A program made the translations under genes and the position numbers. The notes below the pieces were generated by a model. It made no database searches, was not told the origin of the DNA, and worked only from the letters and a program-made list of their open reading frames with translations. From IMG/VR virus record IMGVR_UViG_3300045988_018328: a stretch of DNA of 22,956 nucleotides. One strand, written 5' to 3'. Of the stretch, positions 7,260-16,943 are shown piece after piece. This DNA is from a virus. Lineage: Duplodnaviria; Heunggongvirae; Uroviricota; Caudoviricetes. Position 1 is the stretch's first letter. The number at the start of each line of letters is the position of its first letter.

Positions 7260-10006
7260 TATTTGCCCCCTGCGTATATATTGCTCGGAAGGTAATTGGC
7301 TGAACCATAACCGAATGGTTTGGTCAGATCTGGAGGAGTATATCCATCTTTATTGCTGAACTGCGGCAGCGGATTGCCTTCTCTCCGCACTCTAGCCTCA
7401 TCAACACGCTGTTGCTGGAACTGAATGGTTTGCCTGTACATTGGAGATGTCAGCTGATCCGGCTTGAAACGAACAGGGAGACCATTTTCTCCAATATAAT
7501 TTCTCGGTTCTATCGCTCCGTTTGCGTCAGGCTGTAAAACCATAACAGCATAACTCCTATCCCTTGCCGTAAGGCCATCAGAAACAAGTATTAAGTCCGT
7601 ATCACTGCGAGGACCGCCAAAGGATTTTGATTTAAGCTCGCGTTTTTCCTGCTCCCACTGCCCCTGTATCCAGTTACCAGCACCATTATTTACTCCGTAC
7701 AATGCCTCAGGTGCATACTTCATAACCTCTGCTTTGCCATTAACTGTAGAAACTCCCCAGGTGGTTCTGATCATGGCATTGGTCATTTTCTCAGCCTGTT
7801 CTGCATCGCCACCTGTCTGTACAAAGTTAGCATCGTAAATTGTCTGGTAATCTCGCTGATAGGCCGCATTTGATTTTCCTGGATCGGTAATATCCGGAGA
7901 CCACGAACCAAAGGAAGTCAGACTGCTGGCGTTATTTTGTGCAGCAGTTGCCCTCGCCGCGACATATTTTTTGTCTCGCATGGCAGTGGAAAGCATCTGT
8001 TTCATTCGGTCATCCTGTTGGAACACCTGGCTGTAAGCCATATCAACAGCCTTATCCTCCGGCACGCCAGCGCGGGAATAATCGTAAACCTTGCCGTAAA
8101 ATGCCATCGTACTTTTATCAAGTGTTGCCGCTGCCGCCGGATTATTATCGAATAACTGACCGTAGAATTTTGCCATCGGGACAACCAGCGCAGGATCTCT
8201 TGATGTTGCTCCACTGTTAAGCATTGTTTTAACCTGAGTTGGTATCATGCCGCTTTTAGTTGTGACGGTGACCAGTGTATTGATGCTCTGCGGATCAGAT
8301 ATGGAAAACGAAGGCGCGATATCCTGCGCGAAATAACGGTCTACCGCTGCCTGATTGTTTTTGTCGTTAGGGTCCAGCGGGAAGTTATTTTGCATTGAAG
8401 ACACGAACCTGTTTCTTCCCTGCTGAATCTCCCACTCCCTATCCATCTCTTTAAATTTGGCCTGCATTTTCTCCCAGCGTTGCTGGTTAGCTGCAAATCC
8501 AGGAGCATTTGGATCCTGTGGACGTAAACGTTCAAGAATGTCTTGTCGTCCTTCTGGAGTGAGGTCTTTAGCGGCACCAATGACACCTCCATATTGTATC
8601 TGCGCCTGCATATCCTTCCACTTCATAGCGCCAATGCGCGGACCATTGGCCCGGATAAAATCGTCCTCAGAAGGTAACTTCTCAGGTTTCAATCCTTCAT
8701 CAAGGGCTGAATATGCATCTTTAACTACGGTGCTAAGCTGGTCCGCATACTGCTGGCGGTACTGATTTCTCAGCTCATTAGCCTGCCTCAATGCCTGTAT
8801 TTGCATTTGAGGGCTCATAGCGTCAAATGCCGCATTGCCCGTATAACGCTTAGGTGAATCAAGGTTAGTTAGACCAAGGGCTGCCGAGATACCAGTTTCA
8901 AGCTGTTCGGTGCTATAAGGCATACTGCCATTTTCGTGTTTAATAATCCCAGCACATAAAGCAGCTAGTGTCTTTGGGTTAGAGATATCAAGCTGATCAT
9001 TCTCCCCAACACCAAGCTCACTACACAATGCCCTAATATAAGCATCAGTATTATTACCATCACTAGCCGGAGCATAGCGATTAACAATCTCGCTAACGGT
9101 GTCATAGCCTTGACGCTGGTAAGACAACATATTTTTACCCAACGCGCGGATTCCATGCTCAGGGGTAGCAAACGTTGCAAAACGTCCATCACTACCTATC
9201 TGACCTTCCCACGGGTTAGATTTGCTCGCTTCAATATTACCAGGGTTATTATTACGTAAACCACGAGCATCCAATGAATTACCATGTGATATTGCACGAC
9301 TCACACCATCAAGATCCCCTGGCTCTCCATTAACCTGAAGAAACTCGTTGTATTTTTGAGCGATATTTCCTATCCATGCTTGCTGCCCCATTTGTTCCTT
9401 GAGCTGAGTTTTCTGCTGAACACGCCACTCATCAGGAAGCCCATGCGCATCAGCGTATTGATCAATAGATTCAAATCGCTGCTTGGCTAAATCGACAAAT
9501 GCTTGGTTATCGCTATATAGCCCCGCAGACTGAGTGACAGCCAATGCATTTCCTGACAAATACGTTTGATCTTGGAATTGCTGAAACTGCCCAACTTCAT
9601 ATCGACGTGCCTGATTGTAATAAGACTGCATAGACTGCTGGAGTTGAAAGGATAATTTATTCCTTTCCTCACTTTCAGGAATTGAGCCTAATAATGCCTG
9701 AGCCCTTTCCTGCATATTTTTCATAACAGCGTCACTCTGACCAAGAGCGTTTTTACCCTGTTTAGAAATCAGCCCATTTTCAGGGTTGTTAATCTGGTCA
9801 TCTGCAAATTGGTTAAATTGCAGTAACGCCTCCTGGGCCATAGCAACATTCGCTTTCTGCCTAGCTTCACCATATGCCACCGCATACTGATCTGCGACAT
9901 TCGCCAGCACCTGACCTGCTTGAGGAACATCGAAGGTCTGAAAACCACCGGTTTGCACACCACGACTTTGCACCTGGCGTCCGGATGTAGTAGGAACAAC
10001 AGGCAT
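7259..10006 (-). CDS. Internal virion / ejection protein (915 aa; analogous in position to T7 gp15)
   Basis: Long ORF in structural-operon synteny. Contains a conserved-looking block ...GLRNNNPGNIEASKSNPWEGQIGSDGRFATFATPEHGIRALGKNMLSYQRQGYDTVSEIVNRYAP... Confidence 0.75.
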   Translation of the reverse strand: MPVVPTTSGRQVQSRGVQTGGFQTFDVPQAGQVLANVADQYAVAYGEARQKANVAMAQEALLQFNQFADDQINNPENGLISKQGKNALGQSDAVMKNMQERAQALLGSIPESEERNKLSFQLQQSMQSYYNQARRYEVGQFQQFQDQTYLSGNALAVTQSAGLYSDNQAFVDLAKQRFESIDQYADAHGLPDEWRVQQKTQLKEQMGQQAWIGNIAQKYNEFLQVNGEPGDLDGVSRAISHGNSLDARGLRNNNPGNIEASKSNPWEGQIGSDGRFATFATPEHGIRALGKNMLSYQRQGYDTVSEIVNRYAPASDGNNTDAYIRALCSELGVGENDQLDISNPKTLAALCAGIIKHENGSMPYSTEQLETGISAALGLTNLDSPKRYTGNAAFDAMSPQMQIQALRQANELRNQYRQQYADQLSTVVKDAYSALDEGLKPEKLPSEDDFIRANGPRIGAMKWKDMQAQIQYGGVIGAAKDLTPEGRQDILERLRPQDPNAPGFAANQQRWEKMQAKFKEMDREWEIQQGRNRFVSSMQNNFPLDPNDKNNQAAVDRYFAQDIAPSFSISDPQSINTLVTVTTKSGMIPTQVKTMLNSGATSRDPALVVPMAKFYGQLFDNNPAAAATLDKSTMAFYGKVYDYSRAGVPEDKAVDMAYSQVFQQDDRMKQMLSTAMRDKKYVAARATAAQNNASSLTSFGSWSPDITDPGKSNAAYQRDYQTIYDANFVQTGGDAEQAEKMTNAMIRTTWGVSTVNGKAEVMKYAPEALYGVNNGAGNWIQGQWEQEKRELKSKSFGGPRSDTDLILVSDGLTARDRSYAVMVLQPDANGAIEPRNYIGENGLPVRFKPDQLTSPMYRQTIQFQQQRVDEARVRREGNPLPQFSNKDGYTPPDLTKPFGYGSANYLPSNIYAGGK

Positions 10007-10581
10007 CAGTAACCTCCTATTTTGAATCGGGAGTCAGAATTCATAAAACCTGAGTTAGATAACATTGGCGTCCCACCACTAGATGTACTTCCTTTAGAGA
10101 ACGGACTCCACGTCCCACCAAACATCTGGTACGCACCGTATGCCTTCAGAGGCGCAGTGAGCAATGTTGTTGCTGCTCCCACATTCCCCTGTTTACGGGC
10201 TGAACTGGCTTCTGCTTTATAGTTGGCAGCCTGAACCTGATAACCGTAAGCCTCGCGTTGCGCGTTATTCACCGTCGTCAGCGAATCAAGAGCGCCAAAC
10301 TGGGCAGTGTCGCCAAATATATCCAGCGCGTTACCGGTAGATAAATCGGCGCCGGTCGCCCCCATTGTCGCCGCTTGAGTACCAAGCCGCTGTCGGGTCT
10401 CTCTGCGCCGTTGCTCAGCTTCAGCGTTACCTCTGTTTATTGCATCATTTGCCTGAGCAGTGGCTATATCTGCGTTCGCTTCTGCAACCTTCGAGGCATA
10501 CTTTCCCTGTTGGTACTGGGTGTATGCCTGAATGCCACTCATGGCGAGCATTGCGCCACCAGCAATAACCGGATCGCACAT
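10006..10581 (-). CDS. Internal virion protein (191 aa; gp14-like by position)
   Basis: Translationally coupled within the operon; Ala/Gln-rich coiled-coil-like sequence. Confidence 0.6.
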   Translation of the reverse strand: MCDPVIAGGAMLAMSGIQAYTQYQQGKYASKVAEANADIATAQANDAINRGNAEAEQRRRETRQRLGTQAATMGATGADLSTGNALDIFGDTAQFGALDSLTTVNNAQREAYGYQVQAANYKAEASSARKQGNVGAATTLLTAPLKAYGAYQMFGGTWSPFSKGSTSSGGTPMLSNSGFMNSDSRFKIGGY

Positions 10582-11045
10582 TATTTTCTCTCCATGTGAA
10601 ATCTGTGGAAATTAAGACCAAGAGCACCATAAGGCGCGGCTTCTTCAAGCCTGAATCCAAGCCAGTGCAGCCATGCTTTGGCAACATGGTTTCGCTCGTC
10701 GACGTAGTTTTCCAGGCGCGGATAAACTGCCAGCATCTGCTGCAATACAGGGCGGCAGTGGCGAAGAAATGTCTTCTGATATTTTTCAATACGGCTGGTT
10801 CCTACCAGCCAGGGCGTACCATTGCCACCGATCATTGACGCCGGAGATACGCCAAACATGGTTACCAGTTCTCCGTTCGCAAATCCTGACCAGGCCATAG
10901 TCGCAGTGCGAAGACCAACACGCAGCGCATCTTCGGTAGTCATCAGCGATACCGCATACAGTTCGTCAATATCAGCCTGACGAACATCCGGCAAAATCAT
11001 CTGAAGATGCTCTTCGGTAGCGGGAACAATTCGAACATCGATCAT
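10581..11045 (-). CDS. Small virion-associated protein (154 aa; gp13-like by position)
   Basis: Start and stop overlap the flanking genes by 1 nt each, consistent with coupled translation in the operon. Confidence 0.6.
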   Translation of the reverse strand: MIDVRIVPATEEHLQMILPDVRQADIDELYAVSLMTTEDALRVGLRTATMAWSGFANGELVTMFGVSPASMIGGNGTPWLVGTSRIEKYQKTFLRHCRPVLQQMLAVYPRLENYVDERNHVAKAWLHWLGFRLEEAAPYGALGLNFHRFHMERK

Positions 11046-13516
11046 CAGAATCCCCCAACAGTAAGGCGAGGAATAACGGCAAGAACAGACAGCGGCAACG
11101 GATCAAGCTGACGGATTTTTACACGTCCGTTTTTGCCCCAGTTACTGTCCAGTTTCACTTCTACTTTTCCGGTAGCATCATCAACAGGATCATCGTAGAA
11201 CTCGAATTCACGCTGTGGATATTCGTACCATTTACCGCCGGGCGTAGTCGCCCAGATGCCGCGACTGGCATTCACAACCAGAGTAACGGAGGGGATCACC
11301 TGTTTTTTGTCCAGCAGCGTTTCCTGTCCGTTAATGTTGATATCCAGTGTTTCGAATTCAGCAGTTATTGGCAGGCCGATGTGCACAACAGCCCCCGGTG
11401 ATTCCAGCGTGACGGCACCTCCGGAAACCACTTTCTGTGGTTCCACGTTCGCATCAGAGAGAATGTTTACGGTCTGGCCTTCAAGATGAGACAGGCCTCC
11501 AAATGTCCGGCGTGCCATCTGCCAGTTCGTGGTGGCCACATTCCTGAGGGATGGCGGGACGTTCCTGTTAGCACGAACCACTACAGCGGTGTTGCTGGTT
11601 ACAGAAATAATGTCGCAACGTAATTCTTTTGACACTTCATCGCCAGTATCAGGATCAGTTCCGGTATAAGGGAACTGTAGTTGCGCACCGACATCACTAC
11701 TGGTGAAGTACGCACCGCCAGAAATACTGATTGTATATTCCGCGCGGTAATCCCATTCGCCAGAACCACCAGTGATGGTCATCGTTCTGTCAGACGTATT
11801 TCTTCCATCATAGCTAAGGCCAGAATCAACAAAGAAAGCATCTTCATCGCTGGTAAATAAACGGCTGGACAGTCGCTCGATGTATCTCACTGTTTGCCCG
11901 TTAACGGTTCGGTTAACGACGAAATACACCGCATCTTCATTTCCTTCGCTGATACTGCATGTGCTTTCATATTTTCCGGTACTGGATTGTGGTGCCCATG
12001 CAAAAACCTGCTGATCACGCAAATAGGTCATCACCAGTAATTTACCGTCATCACGAATGCAGAAGGCGCTGGAGTAAGGGACAATAGAGAAGCACCAGTC
12101 AACAATGCTGTGCTTCTGAAAAAGATGATTGGCAAGGATGGTCAGGTCGTTCCCCTGATAGCCGTCAACATCGAATGAGTAGGCCAGATCACGGACAACA
12201 CTGCCTTTCTCCTGGACGAACAGAGCAATATTCGCCACGGCAATTGGTGGGACATTGCTCGAGCCATTTGATCCCTGAGAGCTGAATGCAAATGATGATG
12301 GGGTTAACACTTTGTTCTGGTCGCCGGTGATGACGTACTCACCTCCGGAAGTCAGTGCCACCAGCGAACCGACATCAATCAGGTGGCGGATCTCATTAAC
12401 CTGACGCCCGGCATAGGTGTAGATAATTCTGTCGTCATCCTGCGTAGGATTGCTTTTGCCAAAATCCTTATAATCCCCGGTACGGCTGGCCCAGATAGTC
12501 TGAGGGAACGCAGTCGATGCGGCGAAGTAAAGACGTTGTTGATAATAAACAACAGTGCCAGGATAACCATTAACACTGTTCCAGGCATATTTAGCCCATT
12601 TATAGCTGGCATTATCCTCGCCAACTACCTGCGAAGGGATATAGGAAATCACCTCGGCAGTTGCAGTAGTTCCATTTGCAGCAGTGATACGGGCAATGCC
12701 AAAACCACTGTGCAGATATTCCCACTCAATGCCAGTATCATCATCACCGGATCCGCCCCAGCCATCCCATGATGTGCCTTCTGTATGCGAAGGGCGCAAA
12801 GTACCTGTTTTGCCTGCTGTAACGGCGCGATAGTAGTTACTGTCTGCACGGCGAATATCGCCAATCGACGTACTCTTACTGGTTTCCCATACCGGCACTG
12901 AATCCACTGCAGGCTGTTCCAGATAGAACAATTTGCCTACCTGCTCCGCGCCAAAAATAGAGGCGCTTGCCGTTAACGTAATTGTCCCGGTGCTGGCGCT
13001 GGCATAAACCGTCACTGACTCGTCAATATTGATATCTTCAAATGGCCCGTTCTTCGTTACCACATCAACCAGTTGCCAGTTGTCATGAGCATATCGGCGC
13101 AACTCTTTCGGCGGGTATGCCGGGTGAACCAGCGTAAGCACGTCGGCGCTTTGCGTGAATTTAATTCGGAACAGATCGGCTTCAGTATATGGCGTGGCAA
13201 TTTCATAAATAACATTGCTGCTGTTCAGCACCAACGCACCATCTTTGATAACGCGCATGTACTGGTGTCCGAACTCCAGAGCATAAGTCTGAACCGTCGA
13301 GAATTGGAACGGGATCAGGCGGCATTTCCGATTTGGGTATTTGGCGGCACCGACAAAACGCGTACCAGGTCGATTCTCAACGCCGCCATACTGCCGCACG
13401 ATAAAGTTATCGCACTTGCGCAATGCTACCTGGTACTTCGCCATGTCAATACGCCCGTACAACGACGGTCCAATCTCACCACCGGCAAAGCTGGGCTGGA
13501 TCCAACTGATAGCCAT
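11045..13516 (-). CDS. Tail tubular protein B-like (nozzle), 823 aa
   Basis: Size and position immediately after the tail tubular A-like gene match the T7 gp11/gp12 arrangement. Confidence 0.7.
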   Translation of the reverse strand: MAISWIQPSFAGGEIGPSLYGRIDMAKYQVALRKCDNFIVRQYGGVENRPGTRFVGAAKYPNRKCRLIPFQFSTVQTYALEFGHQYMRVIKDGALVLNSSNVIYEIATPYTEADLFRIKFTQSADVLTLVHPAYPPKELRRYAHDNWQLVDVVTKNGPFEDINIDESVTVYASASTGTITLTASASIFGAEQVGKLFYLEQPAVDSVPVWETSKSTSIGDIRRADSNYYRAVTAGKTGTLRPSHTEGTSWDGWGGSGDDDTGIEWEYLHSGFGIARITAANGTTATAEVISYIPSQVVGEDNASYKWAKYAWNSVNGYPGTVVYYQQRLYFAASTAFPQTIWASRTGDYKDFGKSNPTQDDDRIIYTYAGRQVNEIRHLIDVGSLVALTSGGEYVITGDQNKVLTPSSFAFSSQGSNGSSNVPPIAVANIALFVQEKGSVVRDLAYSFDVDGYQGNDLTILANHLFQKHSIVDWCFSIVPYSSAFCIRDDGKLLVMTYLRDQQVFAWAPQSSTGKYESTCSISEGNEDAVYFVVNRTVNGQTVRYIERLSSRLFTSDEDAFFVDSGLSYDGRNTSDRTMTITGGSGEWDYRAEYTISISGGAYFTSSDVGAQLQFPYTGTDPDTGDEVSKELRCDIISVTSNTAVVVRANRNVPPSLRNVATTNWQMARRTFGGLSHLEGQTVNILSDANVEPQKVVSGGAVTLESPGAVVHIGLPITAEFETLDININGQETLLDKKQVIPSVTLVVNASRGIWATTPGGKWYEYPQREFEFYDDPVDDATGKVEVKLDSNWGKNGRVKIRQLDPLPLSVLAVIPRLTVGGF

Positions 13517-14124
13517 CAGGACAACCTCGCAATGGTAAACTCATCAACCGGTGGCTGTGGTTCCTGTGATTCATTCTGGCTATGCGAGCCAGCACTAAGA
13601 ATCACGCGATTGTACATATTGAGGGCAAACGTACCGAGGTCTGCATTCCCAGTCAGCGCCATGTTAATAGCTGCCGCAAGACGCCAGGCCAACGCCTCCA
13701 TAAAAATGGCATCAAACATGTTCACATCTGTAACGCGAGAGACATACTTGAGCCATGCCTGAGGCTGGTCTGTGTAGATCAACTTTCCTGTTCCGTTGGT
13801 GTCTGCACCAACTTCGTACTGAACGCGCATTGCTGCTGTTGGATTGCGTACACCAGGAAGCATAATTTCAGTAATGCGCAGACAATCTGACGGGTACTGG
13901 TACGCATATTCCCAGTCAGGCGGTGGATTGCTCGTATCTGCAAGCGCCACGCGTTTGGTAGCAAAGTTCCAGTCAAAATCAGAAAGCACAGCATCACGAC
14001 AGGCCTCAAAGTGCAGCGAACATTCCCCCGCTTCCTTGCTGGCTTCCGTCAGGCTGTTAATGCTGCGGCTGTTGCCAATATTGGACAGCGCACGATTACA
14101 GATCTCTACTACAGAGGCCATCAC
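13516..14124 (-). CDS. Tail tubular protein A-like (adaptor/gatekeeper), 202 aa
   Basis: Size and position match T7 gp11; the N-terminus (E..N.AL..IG pattern) is reminiscent of gp11. Confidence 0.6.
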   Translation of the reverse strand: MMASVVEICNRALSNIGNSRSINSLTEASKEAGECSLHFEACRDAVLSDFDWNFATKRVALADTSNPPPDWEYAYQYPSDCLRITEIMLPGVRNPTAAMRVQYEVGADTNGTGKLIYTDQPQAWLKYVSRVTDVNMFDAIFMEALAWRLAAAINMALTGNADLGTFALNMYNRVILSAGSHSQNESQEPQPPVDEFTIARLS

Positions 14125-14444
14125 TCACCTCCGTTACCGTACAGAGTTTCAGCCGCTGATTTTTCTACATCCCCGGAAACAGGAGTGATCGCCATATCAG
14201 TGATCTGCAGATCGGCGCTGCGATTAACGCCATCGTTAGTTTCTCTGGCAGACAGGCCTCGAATAACAGCCTTTGCAGTTATCATCACTTCCGTTCCGAC
14301 GCCCTTAGGTTGCGCCTTCAGCTTATTCAATGTGTCGTTATTAAGAGTGATGCACAGCCCCCACGGGTATTCATCGCGAGTTCTGGTTTCTCCGCTCTCA
14401 TCATGGTAGCTGTCAGTGCCGGTTTTGAGGTTTACGAGTTCCAT
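14121..14444 (-). CDS. Small head/tail-associated structural protein (107 aa)
   Basis: Track ORF 14121..14450 starts at GTG; the ATG at 14444 has AGGAG 7 nt upstream. Lies between a terminator and the tail tube A-like gene. Confidence 0.5.
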   Translation of the reverse strand: MELVNLKTGTDSYHDESGETRTRDEYPWGLCITLNNDTLNKLKAQPKGVGTEVMITAKAVIRGLSARETNDGVNRSADLQITDMAITPVSGDVEKSAAETLYGNGGE

Positions 14445-14460
14445 ATACACTCCTGCAATA

Positions 14461-14482
14461 AAGGGGCCGAAGCCCCTTGTCT
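14461..14482 (-). terminator. Intrinsic terminator (likely partial) downstream of the capsid and 133-aa genes
   Basis: Minus-strand reading AAGGGGC-ttcg-GCCCCTT followed by TATTG. The position after the major capsid gene parallels the T7 T-phi attenuator. Confidence 0.5.
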
Positions 14483-14494
14483 GATCCGCGAGGC

Positions 14495-14896
14495 TTACAC
14501 GCCCAGTTCTTTACGCTTACCCGCAGTGAATTCGCCAGCCGTTAGTGGGCCAGTTGCGACGGAGTAGTTAACACGCAGATATCGCTGAACACCGGCAGGC
14601 ACCTTTGCAGAAACAACTCGTTTACCTGCTGTCAGGGCGGTCTTTGCCAGTGCACCACTATCATAAATAGTGGTCCATGAGCTGTTATTCTCACTCGTCT
14701 GCAACTGGATGTTTACAGTTGCCTCACCACTTGCCGTGGCGGCTTCGTTAACCAGCACCCAAAACTCAAGCGGGTAACCCACGCCGATATCACGACGTTT
14801 TCCGTCAATTGGACCGAGATCGATTACGTCAGTAGAAGCCGCGGTATTCGTAACCGCCTGAGCTTCGGAGAACATCAACAGTTTGTCGGTGATCAT
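14495..14896 (-). CDS. Structural protein (133 aa), possibly capsid decoration
   Basis: Immediately downstream of the major capsid gene, with RBS GGAGAAAG. Beta-rich Ser/Thr/Ala composition. Confidence 0.55.
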   Translation of the reverse strand: MITDKLLMFSEAQAVTNTAASTDVIDLGPIDGKRRDIGVGYPLEFWVLVNEAATASGEATVNIQLQTSENNSSWTTIYDSGALAKTALTAGKRVVSAKVPAGVQRYLRVNYSVATGPLTAGEFTAGKRKELGV

Positions 14897-14947
14897 CTTC
14901 TTTCTCCATTAGTGGGTCTGTTACGACCCACAGGTTAATAACAGGCG

Positions 14948-15940
14948 TTACACCACGCGGGCTTCTGTTTCCAGAAGCGCATCAGTTTCACGGATTGGTA
15001 CACCACGGAATGAAGTCCACCACTCGCCTTCAGTCTCTTTTACGCTGATAGCCAGAGATGTTTTCTCCAGAGACTGCAGATCAAGAGCCTGGCCTACAGT
15101 GCGGTTCATGTAGAACACCGGGCGGCCCATGCCACGGTTTGGAATGCGATGTAGTGCTTTAACCATCAACTTCGCAATATTTGCGGCAGAGGAAGGTTCT
15201 GAAAGATTGCTGACATCGATATTTGCAATGCGAACAACATAACGCCAGTCACGCAGAGCAAGTCCGTTGTCCCATTTGTAATGGGTGCGATAGCCTTCGT
15301 ACTTGCCGCCATTAGCATCTTCCAGTGTCACCTGGCCTTTATCTTCCATCTGGATGCCAGCCTTCTGCCCTTTCGGGAAGATGCCATGCACGGTGTTTTC
15401 GCCCCACACCACTAACCAGATTGAGGTGTTATCTGTACCCGTGCCACCAGCATCAATGATGTTCTGAGCATTACCCGCAGACAGGCTGGAATAGCGGGAG
15501 GACAGTCCCATAAACTGCTGAGGGTTAACGCTGGAATCACCATAAAACAGCGTCTGCGCCATCTGCTGATTCATCGCTTCAATAAATGCGCGGTCTTCAG
15601 ACAGGCGGAATTCGGCGGTATTGCCGTTCAGATCAGCCAGTGACTTATCGACTTCAGCATAGGTTTCCAGCATGCCCACGGAATCGGTTACCTGCACTGT
15701 GGTTGATTTGCTTGGCTGTACGCCATAGTTCAGCAAACGCCAGGTAGCTGAAGGTAAACCAGAACGAATGGTGGTTCGGTGTCCGGTAGGAAGGTTCCCT
15801 TCGACAAAAGGCATATCCTGAAGGATCGGGTTAGTTTGACCGAGAAGCTCGATAATCTTATCGACTTTCCCGTTTGGATCGACGCGCTTACCCCAGTCAG
15901 CCAGCGTTAGCGCAGTTAAGCCTTTAACAGCCATTGTCAT
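14948..15940 (-). CDS. Major capsid protein (330 aa)
   Basis: Position after the scaffold gene, size typical of T7-type capsid proteins (about 345 aa), strong RBS AGAGAGGAA, and the sole gene followed by an attenuating terminator. Confidence 0.8.
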   Translation of the reverse strand: MTMAVKGLTALTLADWGKRVDPNGKVDKIIELLGQTNPILQDMPFVEGNLPTGHRTTIRSGLPSATWRLLNYGVQPSKSTTVQVTDSVGMLETYAEVDKSLADLNGNTAEFRLSEDRAFIEAMNQQMAQTLFYGDSSVNPQQFMGLSSRYSSLSAGNAQNIIDAGGTGTDNTSIWLVVWGENTVHGIFPKGQKAGIQMEDKGQVTLEDANGGKYEGYRTHYKWDNGLALRDWRYVVRIANIDVSNLSEPSSAANIAKLMVKALHRIPNRGMGRPVFYMNRTVGQALDLQSLEKTSLAISVKETEGEWWTSFRGVPIRETDALLETEARVV

Positions 15941-15948
15941 TTCCTCTC

Positions 15949-16644
15949 TTATTTGCCATAGAGCACTTCGGCCGCACTACGCTGGCCTTCATTACCACCG
16001 GTGACCATGCCATCTTCAGACATCGCCTTTCCGATTTTCACGAACGTTTTGACCAGATCAGGGTGATTACCCAGCCCGGTGGTGTTCAGATATTCTTTGA
16101 GTTCAGGTGTCCCGAACTGGTCAAGCGCACGCTGTGCGGCGCTAAGGTTAGAAATCAACTTGTCGCCACCGATTTCTTTGTCAGCTTTTACATCCGCAGC
16201 CCACTGCTCGGTTGTTTTCTGCCAGGCTTCTGCCTGGCGCTGCTGAACACCTGCCAGAATCTTCGGATAAGCATCAACCAGCTTTTGCGCTTGCTCGTTG
16301 GTCAGGTTAAGTTCTCGCGCCACCGGCTCGAATTCCTTCAACGCTTCTGTATCCAGCTCTACGCCTTCGGCAGCCTGAAACTCGTACTTCTCAGGCGCAC
16401 CCTCTGGTTTATCGCCGTCCTTTTTTTCATCCTGCTTATCGTTTTCAGGCTTTTTGTCATCAGCAGGTTTATCGCCATCAGCAACAGGTTGTGGCTTATC
16501 ACCTTCCTGTTGTGATGGATCACCAACTGGAGCAGGGTTATCACCTGCAGGCGCTGACGGTTCTGACGCAGCCGGAGCTGCTCCACCATCGACTGGTTGC
16601 TCATTGCAAAGACGGCGATACAGCAAACGCTCAAATAAATTCAT
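15949..16644 (-). CDS. Scaffolding protein (231 aa)
   Basis: Highly acidic, Pro/Asp/Lys-rich low-complexity N-terminal half and helical C-terminus, located between portal and capsid. Track start is GTG at 16650; the ATG at 16644 has AGGAG 6 nt upstream. Confidence 0.75.
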   Translation of the reverse strand: MNLFERLLYRRLCNEQPVDGGAAPAASEPSAPAGDNPAPVGDPSQQEGDKPQPVADGDKPADDKKPENDKQDEKKDGDKPEGAPEKYEFQAAEGVELDTEALKEFEPVARELNLTNEQAQKLVDAYPKILAGVQQRQAEAWQKTTEQWAADVKADKEIGGDKLISNLSAAQRALDQFGTPELKEYLNTTGLGNHPDLVKTFVKIGKAMSEDGMVTGGNEGQRSAAEVLYGK

Positions 16645-16646
16645 GA

Positions 16647-16943
16647 TCACTCCTGTTCACTGGCCTCTTTGGCCATCTTCAAATACTGTTCAGGGCAATG
16701 CGCCATAACGCGCTGAAACAGTTCCAGCGCCAGATTGCGTTGCCCCTCATTAAATGCCATTGCCATAGCGTCCATCGGTGAGATGGCGGAAAACACACGG
16801 CCTTTCTCCAGCACCGACCAGACAACGCGACGCCCCTGTTCACTGCTCATGACAAAGCGAATGTCATCAATTTCACGCTGCGCCATGTCACGTTGCTTAC
16901 GGGCGTTTTCTTCTTTCAGTTGATCGTCTTCGTAATCTGTCAT
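16647..16943 (-). CDS. Small protein between portal and scaffold (98 aa), function unknown
   Basis: ATGA overlap with the portal stop codon; charged helical sequence. Confidence 0.5.
   Translation of the reverse strand: MTDYEDDQLKEENARKQRDMAQREIDDIRFVMSSEQGRRVVWSVLEKGRVFSAISPMDAMAMAFNEGQRNLALELFQRVMAHCPEQYLKMAKEASEQE

Noticed and set aside
13073-13762. 229-aa plus-strand ORF (and many other 60-190 aa ORFs, for example 15934..16515, 17066..17488, 20156..20933) antisense to the structural genes
   Set aside because: They lie entirely within and opposite to long, well-supported minus-strand genes, with no RBS or coupling signals; typical shadow ORFs.
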